Shown piece by piece: positions 12,257 through 24,800 of a stretch of 64,000 bases of DNA (position 1 is the first letter of the stretch; each line of letters opens with the position of its first letter). Under the pieces are notes generated by a model. That model ran no database searches, was not told the DNA's origin, and saw only the letters and a list, made by a program, of their open reading frames with translations. Made by a program: the position numbers and the translations under genes. The DNA is from Asterias rubens (lineage: Eukaryota): positions 496,001 to 560,000 of the forward strand of contig NC_047080.1 in NCBI RefSeq assembly GCF_902459465.1, written 5' to 3'.

Positions 12257-13567
12257 ATGCCATCCCATGTGTGGCAGGGTGATGATGCACCTCTAGCGAT
12301 ACAAGATGTTTACGACTACATAGACCGGGAAATCAAAACATTAAAAGTCAGACTCGTCACCAAGACAGAGAAACTGTTCTACGGCGGCATCGACCCTATC
12401 CAATTCCTCATCCACGTCGAGGAAATCTTCAAGAGTAAACACCGAGTGAAGAGAATCAAGACCCTGGTTCCGAAGGTGTCCTCGTGGGCTGAGTTAGACT
12501 TATTCGCCCGGACTTGCAACGAGGTCCGGAGACCCGGAGGCGTACGAGATGCCGGCTTTAGTAAGGACCTCAACACCTTCATGCAGGCGTTCCAGCGCGG
12601 GGTGAAGTCCATCTCGGAACTCCTGGATGAGGTACGAGATTTGTATTCAATCGTACAAAGTTTCTGCCGGAACTATCAATCATTGGAGGGTGAGTTTGAT
12701 TTGAAGTGGGCCCGTGCCGCCAATCTGGAACTTAAGAACAACCTCCAAGGTATTTCTACCCTCCTGCGTGAGGCACAGACTGGGGTGAATCCGAAGTTGT
12801 TCAGCACCGACAAGTTTTCGATGGATGTGGCTGAAACGCTCGACACAAAGAGGTACCCTATTTTGCGGTTGTTTCCGGATGTCTTCCAGAAGTTACATTT
12901 TGTGCTGCACCTGGTTGGAAAATGGCGCGCAAATGATCAGATTTACCTGGAGGATGTTCAATTTAAACTGATTAAAACAAAACGGATCCAGCGTCTCAAA
13001 CAAGAGGAATATAACACACTTGAGTTGGAGCATGGTAATATTCTGAGTAACATCGTTGAGAGACGAGTTCGCGTGAGAGCTCGCGAGATCCGCGAGAGGA
13101 TCAAACAGCTGGACCAGGAGATTCATAAACTGCATAGTCTGAAACGGAGTATGACGTCAGAGAAGACACAGACAGAGCAGGAGGTCTTGGAGAGAAAACG
13201 GGTAATGTTCCTTAATAAGAACATCACAGACATAACCAAAGACATTGATAATATCTTAGGTCTGAAGAAAGACATTGAGATCCTTGGGAAGAAATTGAAA
13301 TCACTGAATAAGAGCATCAAGCTCACTGAGACGGACCTGAACACTCGCGAGAAAGAGAAACAAGATCTCGAGAGAGATTACAACGAGATGAGGTCTGCGA
13401 CGAGTAGATCCAACCAGTTGGCCTTCGAGAGGACGGAGCTGTCAAAGGAAATTGCCATCATTAATGAGAAGATCCAAGAGTTGGAGACCATCTTCTACCG
13501 GAAGACGGATAAACAGAGGTTGGCGATAGCCTTTGAAGAAGTCCAAAAATCCATGGAGGATCCATAA
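12257..13567 (+). CDS. Intronless 436-aa uncharacterized protein; helical N-terminal half and long C-terminal coiled coil
   Basis: Uninterrupted 1311-nt ATG-to-TAA ORF that is more GC-rich than its flanks. Roughly residues 240-430 are rich in E/K/L/I/R with heptad character. I recognise no family. Confidence 0.85.
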   Translation: MPSHVWQGDDAPLAIQDVYDYIDREIKTLKVRLVTKTEKLFYGGIDPIQFLIHVEEIFKSKHRVKRIKTLVPKVSSWAELDLFARTCNEVRRPGGVRDAGFSKDLNTFMQAFQRGVKSISELLDEVRDLYSIVQSFCRNYQSLEGEFDLKWARAANLELKNNLQGISTLLREAQTGVNPKLFSTDKFSMDVAETLDTKRYPILRLFPDVFQKLHFVLHLVGKWRANDQIYLEDVQFKLIKTKRIQRLKQEEYNTLELEHGNILSNIVERRVRVRAREIRERIKQLDQEIHKLHSLKRSMTSEKTQTEQEVLERKRVMFLNKNITDITKDIDNILGLKKDIEILGKKLKSLNKSIKLTETDLNTREKEKQDLERDYNEMRSATSRSNQLAFERTELSKEIAIINEKIQELETIFYRKTDKQRLAIAFEEVQKSMEDP

Positions 13568-15979
13568 TGAACTTTAAAGACACTTTACACGAACTTTTAC
13601 CGAAATAAATAATATAACCCGTTCAATCTGAAAGCTTATTGGTTTTGAAGTGCATGATTTTGCCAAACATACAGAAAATGTTCGGTTGAAACAACAGAGC
13701 TATATATTGGTTGAAACACTACTAAAGTTGTTAAAATAACATTTAAAATTGTTAAAATAGCATTTTAAGACTATACCCGTGGCCATTATTTTGATTGCCA
13801 CATTTAAAATAAGCCACAAAGGAGCATGCAAATTCATCAACACAAAACATGGTGCACATTTTCCGGTTTTTTTCTTCATTAGAGCATTACACAGAATGAA
13901 CCTTTTACAGATTGGTTGATGATGTTGATAGAGAACGCGGAGTAAATGTACAGTCAAAATGCAGCTATATATTTTTTATATTTAATACTGAAACCTGCAT
14001 AACTCAAACCCACTATAAGCAAAACACATTACAACCCATGATTTTAATCTTCTTACTAGAATAAATTTGAGCTCTGAATGTACAAAAGAGAAAAAAAGAG
14101 ATGGTTTGATAAAAATTCATGTGAATAGAGATTTAGCTTGTTGCAACCTGCTTTCCAACAAAAAGGTATGACCAAATAGCTCTATGGCCCAAATGCAACA
14201 AATAGTTGAAGACCTGACATTTAACAAAGTCTGTGTTGAAAGAAAGTCAATGTGATGTACAGTACTATGGGAACATTATTAAAATATTGATCTATCGATC
14301 ACTCTGTAAACAGAATACTCTGTATTATTTGAATACTTGAAAGTGTAAAATCTACCGAAATTCTCCAAAAGACCTTCGGCTATATAAAATTATTTAACAT
14401 ACTTCTACATCCTGCCAAATCTTCTCGCTATAGACTGTGAAAGCCCCGCCTGTCTAACAATGATCAAGATAACTTGAACAAAGACTACTCTATTCTTAAA
14501 CTTCAGACTGAAATCAACTCTAATCGATTAAGGACCAAAATCACCTTTAGTTGTCACTAGATTTAATTTTAATTTTAATACTTTCAGAAAAATAAAATCT
14601 TCCTTTTAAATCATATTGATACACAACGTTCCAACACTGCGATTATTCTAAATACAAAGACATTTTTCATACAGCTCAAAATAGTTTGCTAAAAGTTATA
14701 ACAATGAAACAAAATTAAAACTTGGGACACTGTACTTAGTTTGATAAAATTATTACTTAATTTTAAAAGAAAGGACCGTTAACCTTTTCTTGCTCTTCGA
14801 ACTACATATGATTTTAAGACGAAAAATGACACTATCGGTAATAATCGAGTAAAAATTTATAACTATATGGAGTAAGCACAACAAAATAATGCTTATCAGC
14901 CAAAAATACAATCTCACATAATCTGTGACTAGTTTCCTGCTTGTAACCTCTTCGCAGCAAACTATAAAGCAATACTTGAGGGTGACAGTTTGTTTTTAGG
15001 CCAGGATTGAAACATTTTGTTCATTGTGTATTATGTTTAAAAAAATTGTGGCATTAAATTATCGACTCTTAAGCAAGGTTGCCACCCCCCCCCCATGCTA
15101 AAATAATCTATATTTATCACACAATCTCCATCAAGAATGTTTCGCGAAATAATTTCATCGGTTGCCAATGGTTACCAGTATCACTATCAACACTGTTTTT
15201 TTTTTTTAAATACAAATAAGCAAGATCAATCTCAGATTAATAACCTGGGAAGGAAAATGAAAGTTAACCTGAAATTTACTTAACATACAGGGACAAGCAA
15301 TCAAAATAATTCAAAGGGGCCAATCGGAATAAAAGTCAATACATATTGACCGATATCTCTTTTCTGGAAACTAAGGGTGTGATGATAACCTCATCGCTTG
15401 TCATCCATTTTCCTATAAAATATTCTCGTTTGATTACATTGCGTTGTCATTGTTTTCCTGTCGTTTAATTAATTCATTAGTTTGGAATAAACAATAACTT
15501 CGGTGTTTAAACAATATTCGTTTGTTCATTTCATTTTGATTATTTATAATTAATGTTTATATTTAATACTCCTTTCATACCGTAAACGCCCCCCCCAAAA
15601 AAAAAAAAAAAAAACCCAAAAACCAAAACCTCCTCAACAACAACATCAACAATAACACCGACATCTATAAATCCATAATTAAGTTACTTAATTGTGCAGA
15701 GGTGATTTAAACTTTGGATGAGCATAATTATGTTCAACAGCTAAACCTGCTTAAGCTATCAAAACAGTTCCGTTGTCAGCAAATATATAATTAATTTTAT
15801 TAGAGGCCACTGATAGACTTTGAAATTATTAGTGAGTTTTCTATTTCTGAATATTTAGCATTTTTATAGGAGAGCTTGTGAGACTTTTGCTGCTCTGAGC
15901 GTTGGTGAGCACGGGCGCTACTTTTGAAAAAAAAAGTGAAAAGGTCCGTCCAAAAGTCTCCCAAAACAAGGTGAGCCCT

Positions 15980-18900
15980 CTACGATGAAAGGAGACGAAT
16001 TTTCATTTCAGTCGCTTTCAGTGAGTAATAAAACCCCTTCCAAGCTACCCACTGAAGACCCTGATCCCTCTGGGTAACTCCCCCTCCAATCAGATAATTG
16101 CCGTTGAGGGCGCACCGGTGGCAGGCGTTGTACCACCACCCACCATTCAGCCAGATAGCACAGTTGCCTCCAGTCGCACCATCGCTGTCATAATCGTTGG
16201 TAGTGAAACCGAAGTTATTGTGATGTGTCATCGAGTCACCTACAAAAGAATGGAACGTTCTTCAAGAAGAGTTCGTATTTACACCACCCTCATTTTTTAA
16301 TGGAACCCTTACCCCTCTCTTGCACCTCCATGAGGTCGGAAAAAACCCACATGAATGGTCCAACAAACCAAAAGGCCCCCATGTTTGACCCTACGTGTCA
16401 CCCGAAGAAAGGTCTGGTTGTGCCACTGTCACGTTTCTTGTAAGAGTTCATGATTTGTGGTTGAACAGAGACAAACTGAACCATATAGAAAAAAGTTAGC
16501 AGAGCTCACCAGCAGTGCCCGAGTATTGGCCAACATTCAGTCTGAATCCTGGTGACGCTCCGATGCTGAACACGTCATACTGCGCATAGGCCACGCCTCC
16601 TACCCAGTCAGTCATATCAACCCTGAGTTGCCATTGGCCAGTTGAGGTGACGTCATGCAGAAGTTGGTTTCCTAGCCAGAAGTTTCCATTGATGTCACCA
16701 AAACCGTCTGCATAGCTCTGGTGATTTTGGTAGAAATTGAGAGATGCGTCCGTTCGTCTCTGAAATACCTGGAATATTATTCAAATAATAAATAATAAAA
16801 TACCCTAAAATACCATTCAAAATCTGGGAGGATGAATTGAAAATGGTCGGTGTGTCATGTTTGTTAAATTAACAGACAAAGCAAAATCACAAAACGACAA
16901 AACAGAAGAGCAAAAAACAAACAAAGAAATAAAGATGGTTTAGTTTGACGTACGATCCAACCACCGCCATCTGTGTCCATGTCACAGTACACCTGAACGC
17001 CCCCAACGGCAGACCCCTCGTAGTGAATCGTGTACACTCCACTAGCTGGTTTGTTGGTACAGTAGTAAATAGCACTGGCATCTGTTTGAAGGAAGCAACA
17101 CAACCAAAATGTTTTTAAAAATATTCCGATTTTGTAAATGAAAGAAGCAAATTAAATTGGCCAATACATGCACAAACGCCATCTTAAATATAATATAACG
17201 CAACGAGTGGGAGACGGAGTAGTGGAACATAAATCCAGCTGCCAAAATGGCCGCCGTTGCAAAAGACCGTGTCCGAATCGGCTTGCCATGATGGTATCTT
17301 GTGTTGCAGAACTCTTATTTCACAAAATAATCTTTTGTGCGCCGGTCATGCGCATTGAGACATGCAACTTAATTAGTCCGAAACAGTTGTGTAGGTCTAT
17401 TGTTCTTCTATTATTCTTCTATTGAATTGAATGAATATATAGAGTTGAGCAGCATGTAGTTTTTTGCAAACAAACAAGTCAAACAACCACGTTCCATGCA
17501 CCACAATATCGATTTTTGCTGTGAAAATTGTTCAGTGCCGGGTCTTCTGTTTACTGTCCTCTCTCCATTGTGTCCGGGCGTGGTTTCATTTTCAGCTGGT
17601 ACCCATGGTTGATATTAAATTTTAGGTTTATCATGCGCATCTAATAGACACCGAAGCTCAGCAATAACAATGCCGGTCCGCGATGCTTCCGTTATTATAC
17701 AGTTTCTGGAGCTCGTAAAGTTTAAACACGTTGTTGCAATAAAATTGACGAAGAAAGCTGCTTGTGTATCAATTATGTGTATTATTCAACAACTGTGTGT
17801 GATCCTAGTAACGGCATAAACTTGAAAGAAATACGGGAATCTGGAGAGTAAACTTTAACGTTGAAAACTTTACGAACTCGTGTGTAGAAGTGGTTAGTCT
17901 AGAACTCAAGGCGCACAACCGCAAACTTCACACATCTTAGGAAACTATAGTAAACAACATGTCATGTCATGACAGTTTCTATGGAAACGAAAGAAATCTT
18001 CTGTTCGATTATTGTGTTTGTTTATTTACGAAGGCTATTTTGGTGGCCCTGACACGGAACATTAAAAATAATTGACGACATAACAACTAACCAATCTTAT
18101 AATAAAGCACGTATCAGTGTTTTCCTACATGGTATAATCATTTTGAAGTATGAGATCTTTGGTAACATGTCACTATTTAATGGTTTGCATGGTGCTGCGG
18201 CGTATTATGCAGCCATCAAACCAGGAACACCGGGGAATAGACCTCTATTAGAGCGCATTTGGTTCTTGTGCATTCACAGACGGCGCGAATTTTGACTTCA
18301 GGGTTTGCCTTTAGTGAAAACTTTCATGAATGTTAGGCCGTGTCCGAAACGACGACTTCGGCTACAGCTACGTCTAGATCAGCGCGTCTACCAGTGTTGA
18401 AGAATAGCAGACGCGCGCGATCTAGCCGTAGCTGTAGCCGAAGTCGCCGTTTCGGACACGGCCTAAATATTAATCTGTGGTATTTTAAAAAGTGCTGGGT
18501 ACCAGTCATATAATATAAAAGACGGTCTGTTAACTGGTCACATATTGTCCCTGCTAGGCACTGGTAATTTAGAGTGGGTTAATAGTGAGGTACAACATGA
18601 CGAGAATAACATTTTAAACGCATGACGCGTCAATGAAAACGTGCCCGCGCCACGTTCGCAAGGTGGGGGGGGGGGGGTGGCCATTAACAATCAGCACATT
18701 CAGTTCGTTTCACAAATTAATTGTTGATGCGTGCTCAGCAGTTACCACTAGTTACCATTTCTCGGTAGTTAGAAGGTATGGAGCCGCAGAATAATGGGCC
18801 ATTAAATACAACACAAAGTAAAAATATCAGCGAAAGGACTGGACAATACGGGTTTTTACCTTTAACGGTTCAATTTTAAAAAAAGGGAAGTAGAAAATGT

Positions 18901-20274
18901 GGTTTTCAACCAGTTGCCGGAACGTATTTAAAAGTCCAAGGTAACAGTTTAAGGTGACGGGCATGGTTCTCAAAAATGTTCATGAGACGTGGTAACGGAC
19001 CCATCCACTTGCGGAGATAAACTCAGCTTATTTCGATGATAAAACAGGGTTGATCGACCATGTTATGACGTTAGTGACTACATGTTACGTTTGCAACGAT
19101 TAACCGTGGTAACACTTTTATTTATAATACATTATAAACATGACCACTGGATCACTAGTGACCAAATATAACCTGTTCCAAGTATTTATGTTTCCACTTT
19201 ATGCACAAGCATTAAATCACGCATGTTTCCATACTTTTGTTAAACTATAGGGAAGTTCTTTGAGCTACTGTTGCATTCAATTTATTTTGCGCGCTCGCAT
19301 GTTTTGATGGCACAGTACTCTGGATACGAATACCCTCTGGATACAATGGTGAACACACCTCGGTGTAAGGGAACAACCAACTAATCAAATAATTCTTACA
19401 ATCTTTAATCGAAAGTTAAACAAACAAAACATGGACAAGGTCAGGCCTAATTCTCTTTAACAATGTAGCTCATATTCAGTTCAACTTACCAGTCGTTGCT
19501 GTTGGTGTTGTGGTTATTTGTGGTGTTGTGGTTGTTTGTGGTGTTGTGGTTGTTTGTGGTGTAGTGGTTTCTTGTGGTGTGGTAACTCGTGGCGTAGGCC
19601 TAGTTGTAGCGGTTTCTGAAGACACATCTCCGTATAAACTCAATATCTGAAGCCAATTTAAAAGCATTGAGCCTTAAACCATTATTTGGATTTATATATA
19701 TACAAAAATTAATTTTGTTATTAAAATATAAACATGGCTTCCCCCAATGAAGTGAAGCAGAATGTCAAATATATTTGCCGTCATTTCGGCAAAATGAAAT
19801 ATCTATTTTCATTGCGGAAGTTGGCCAGACTAAATTTGGCTCTCCTTACCAGATGTTGTAACATTGGTCAAAAACGGGAGAAAGACATGACCAACAGTAA
19901 TAACAATGCATGGTAATTAACACCAAACTTACCCGCAAATCTTCACCCTCCTCCGGTCCGCAATACACGTCTCCATCTCCCATCTCACCAACATACAATC
20001 TTCCTATAGCAGCACTGTTTAATTGACATTCCTGCATCTTAATGCGGTAATTTATCGACTCGCACTTAATATTAGAAAAGCATCCACTCATACACCGAAT
20101 TTTTGACGTTACGTTATACCACACCGCCAAGGTGTGGCCCGTCAGACGGGTATCCGACACACACCTAGATTTGAAAACACGGCAAGACCCCCGGCTACAT
20201 GTATGTACCCCGAGTACGCCGATGAAAGTGAGCAGTACTACCCACCAGGAGAAGGCGGGGAGACCGGTTCTCAT
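15980..20274 (-). CDS. Secreted fibrinogen-related-domain (FReD) protein, about 381 aa: signal peptide, PAN/apple-like domain, Thr/Pro-rich linker, FBG domain
   Basis: Five exons with consistent phases: 20274-19933, 19646-19490, 17081-16954, 16768-16510, 16239-15980 (1146 nt). FBG motifs present: VYCDMDTDGGGWIVFQRR, GFGDINGNFWLGN, QLRVDMTDW, GNCA, GGWWYNAC, LNG and MKIR. Exon 1 has a hydrophobic leader followed by CMSGCFSNIKCESINY...CQLN (PAN-type spacing). Exon 2 encodes (TTTPQ)n. Confidence 0.9.
18336..18463. mobile_element. 128-bp hairpin MITE (GGCCGTGTCCGAAAC ends) flanked by TA, in FReD intron 2
   Basis: Almost the whole element is self-complementary (ggccgtgtccgaaacgacgacttcggctacagctacg / cgtagctgtagccgaagtcgccgtttcggacacggcc) with TA on both sides. 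Confidence 0.75.
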
Positions 20275-21162
20275 GGCGATAGCGGAAAATCACACAGACT
20301 TACTCGACATAAATGAAGAGTCAACTAAAGACTGTCTTGGTGTAACTCCAAAAATAGGCTATCTGATGTGACACCACGCGAGGGTATACAATTTGAGCTT
20401 GCAAGTCAAAACTTCACTGGTATGCTACGACTCCTCTCGCGCTATTGGTTTCGGTGACGATTGTGAGCGCAGCCATAAGTCCAAGAAGTAGGGTTACTAT
20501 AGCTACCGCATCAAAGCGTAATACAGGTAAATTGTATTTTGTAAGGCAGGATTTATTATTATTATTATTATGGGGAACGAGGTTATCAGCATTGCGCTTG
20601 TGTCCTTGAATTTAAAAGCCATTCATCCACCATTTATTATATCAAACAAGATTTATAAATGACTGGTCCAATAAAGCTTAACACTATGTAAACAACAACC
20701 AAAAATTACAAAAATACGGAAATGTCATTTGAAAAGTATCAACAATCTTTTTATTAAACTGTTAATTCACTGATTAAAAACCTTTAAATCCAATACATTA
20801 CATTCAAATAAACAATAAGTTATTTGCATATACATAACATCTATCATTTTTTACAGATATTTACAGATGAAAATATAATGTTTTATTAATCTCTGTGATC
20901 ATTGATAAATATAAGATTCGTTATACAAAACATACATGTTTAAAATGACAAGTGCTTAATTCCAAACATTGTTGAATTAGAAAAACAACTTTTAATAATA
21001 GAATTCACTCAAAAAAATTTGACTATTTTATCCTTGTTTACTTATTTTTATTTGGTCATAAGTGTTAAGATTTCCTCCCTGTTATTCGGTTGAGCTATAA
21101 TCAGATAAACATGTTTTGTTCCCAGCTTTGGCAGCGCCCTTCATGATTCCCAAATCATAACA

Positions 21163-21265
21163 AAAACAAGTAACAGCAACACTGAAGCGCCATGCCTCAG
21201 AAAACCAGTGTAAAACAAGTAACAGCAACACTGAAGCGCCATGCCTCAGAAAACCAGTGTAAAAC
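21163..21265. repeat. 49-bp direct duplication (two copies)
   Basis: aaaacaagtaacagcaacactgaagcgccatgcctcagaaaaccagtgt occurs twice in tandem. Confidence 0.9.
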
Positions 21266-21875
21266 CAGTTTAGACTGGATGATGGTTGTTTGTCTCCATG
21301 GCTATGCATTTTCAAATTTTCTTGTTTGGATCAAGTCATGGACCGAGTCCGCAGTGTGACATCACAGTGCTGATTTCTAAGACCTGTTTCTGGAGACCTG
21401 TTTTCACTCTGCGTTTTGAGCCCAACGTGACTTTTCAAAATGTGGGTTTGTTTCTGTTATGAAACATGAGTTTTACTTGATTTCACTCATTTACTTTTAT
21501 ATATAACAAATGAACAATAATGTTAATTTCAGGCATGTTGTTTAGTCCTTGGAAAACAGTATCATGAATATTGTATCGAGTACGAGGGCTAACCTGAATG
21601 TGCACAAGGTGATGCCTTCAATAAACCTTAGATTATTTAATCCCAATTTGTCTGATTATCTCACAGGCAAAACAATCAGAATCAGACTTGAGAAGGACAA
21701 TATCATGCCTGTAATTTCGTTTGTATTGGCCTTTAACAATGCAAATACTGGATAAGAGACCCCACAATCAAAGGCGATTGAAGTCCAGGAAACAAACCAA
21801 TGAAGCGAAAATTTATATTTTGTAGGTAAAAAAAACCAAAATAATTAAAACTTTCAACTGATTCGCCTCAAGATC

Positions 21876-24800
21876 TCACAACTTACTCTGAATGTTCTCC
21901 ATGATTCTCCTCTCGTCCAAGCTCCACACAGACGTTAAAAATTCATCGTCAGAATCGAGTTTTCCCAAAACCTTCAGATCTGCATAAATATTAATAAGAA
22001 AAATTAAGAATTAAGGACAGGAAGGGTGCGAGTATAATTATTAAAGTAACATCTACTAAGGGTTTAAAAGGCACTTAAAGGTATTATATTGAGAATTGGT
22101 CAAGATAAAAACCACTATTGTTCAAATTTAGTCTGAAAACATACTTATTATTTGGTTCATTCAAGAAGATTTTTTCTGAAAAATATTTAAGTCTGAAATA
22201 AAGTCATATTAGAAACACCAGTAACTGAAAACCTAAATACAAAATACACTGAATTTGGCTGCTACAACCAATGTTTTTACATGCTGAAAATTGTGCATGG
22301 TTTTTCACTATTTTTACCTAACTCACACAACAAATTAAGCCCAAAATTTAATGGGTTTGTTATTTCATGTTAACGGTTGATCACAAACAACATGAACAGT
22401 ATCTGTGGTTACTTTGTCAGCTCTGCCAATGCTACCGAATCCTACTAAATGGTTCCAATTTAAAAGTTTTATACAGACTTAGAGGATTTTTCTATTAGTT
22501 TGTCATATGCAAAATGACAGTGACCTTTACTCCTCAAAGATTAAATTCCAGACCTGAATTTTGAAAGAAAAAGAGGATTGGGATTTACCTTCTGTGTGGA
22601 GAAACTCAGTGAGAATTGGACCAAAGATAGACCATGGAATGATGAAATTAATGTGTGGAAAAGAAGCACCAGAATCCATGTCCCTAAAAAGTAAATGCAA
22701 GAAAATTGAAAAAGCTGAAATTAGTTGTCTTTTTTTAAGTGCAAAAATAAAACACATTTTTTTCAGAGAAAAATGTTCTCAGGACAACAATTGGCCTTGA
22801 TCTTACAGCATGTGGACAACATTAGTCATTGTCAAAGACCAGTACTCACACTTTTTGTCACCAAACAATTTCACTAAGTGACAAAACTGTGAATACTTAT
22901 TCAGCTCAATCGGTCTTCAGAGTCACTAAAATAAAATAGTGAAAAACCCCATCACTGTTTTAAAAATTGTTGTACTTATAACATTTTGTACTTATCTACT
23001 CTCAGGGATGTTGGTCATGTTACTTAAGTTTGTTGACCCCAAGGTTATCTCACGTATTGCATGCTGGGTCAATGTAAAATGGCGACGATTCATGGTCATT
23101 TATAAAGTATCAGTGATCCAGAAATCAGAAGAATCTGATGTCATCCTTTGATGTAGCTCACCCTAGATACGGTATATATAGACATAAACTAACATGGTGT
23201 GAGAAGTGGGATTGATTAAAAGGGAAATAATAAATTGACAAACCTTGCATTACTGGTTACTATGCCAAGAAGCTGGCCTGTCCTGCCACAGAAAAGTGGT
23301 CCTCCGCTTGTTCCAGAGTGGACTGCACAAGTTGACTGTAATCAAAGCCATACAATCAGCGAGATAAAGAATTAAGATTTCTTATCAACAGTATTTGTTT
23401 TTCAGGTAAGCTTTGGGGTAGCACAATGAGTGAATCTCTTTTGAGTAGTGTTGGTTCTGCAAAGAACCGGTAGTTTTGATCAATGTTTTGATCAGTATGC
23501 TCTGATTGTCTTCAGGAGGAAAGAATATTTGGTCTTTCAATCCAGCATTCATATTCAAGTGATTAAGATCATTGCGCTACACAGCATTATCTCTGGTCAA
23601 TGGGCACACTTTTACCTCTTCAAGTTGCACAGTTTTTCAACGCCCTAAATTTCTTGCAGATTTGAATATCCAACCAGATATTACAGTAGGTAGCATGCAA
23701 AGGCATGTTCTAGATACAATGCCAGCTGTCAATTTCACCTAACTCTTTCTAACTTTCTTTCTAAGACGAGTTAAGTTCCGTATCCATCGGCGTTAGGACG
23801 CATTGAACCCATCCTAAGTTAGGACGAGTTACTGGAGTTACGAACTTAACTCGAGATAGGATTATTCTTAGCGTTTCGTGAAATCGGCTGCTGTTCTGGT
23901 CCTCGCCATTAACTGACTTAAGACCCCAACCCCTCCAAAACCACAACCCACCTTTCCAAACCTCGGCTCAGGCTTTGTTTCTTGCCCCAGGCTTTGTTTT
24001 ATGTTGGAAACACCGTTTAAAATGTACACTGTTCCAAAATGGATGACCAAGCCCAAGCCGGAGCCAAATCCCAAGCCGAGGTTTTATAGAAAAAGCCAAG
24101 AACTTACTTGTAGCATGATTGGAGATTCCCTCACACTGATGACCTTTGACATGACCCCTGCACTAACAGAAGGCAAGAGGTCACGTTCAGGTGCTAGAAG
24201 GGCGTGACCAACAACAAAAACTGGTTGACCTGTGAACAAACCAAGACAAGATACAGAAACAGTTCTTTATAAAATTATAGAGTGGCCATTTTGCTCAGTA
24301 TCTCTCCCCTTAAAGACAGTGTATACTTCTGGTAATTACTCTACAAGTAATGGATCATTGAAACGGAGCTGCTGTTATTATAAAACAATGTTAGAAACAA
24401 CCCCTTTAAAGTAATGTAGTTTTTGAGAAAGGGGTAAGTTTTCACACAAACTTTTAAATCGGGGGGGGGGGACCTTTCTCAGGCATCTGTAAGCATACAT
24501 TTCTAATGCAACAAGGGTTTTTCTTGCAACTTCAATGACCAATTGAGCAAAATTGTTATCTTATTAACATGTTTAGGGATATCAAGTGAGAACACTAGTC
24601 CTTGGCAACCGCCAAAAGTATACCCTTCTTAACCTTAAAGAAGAATTGGAGGGGAAATTTACAAGGGAAATACAAATAATATCAGTGACACCAATGGAGG
24701 TTGAAAAGAAAGGACCACACCTCATTTAAAAATTTAAAAACACAATCTTTTTAACCTTGCTGATCTGCAGCCCTACTGCAGCTGATCCAATGAAATCACT

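Noticed and set aside
17975-17988. Consensus X-box GTTTCTATGGAAAC in FReD intron 2
   Set aside because: Far from any ciliary-gene start in the window; real motif but no functional context.
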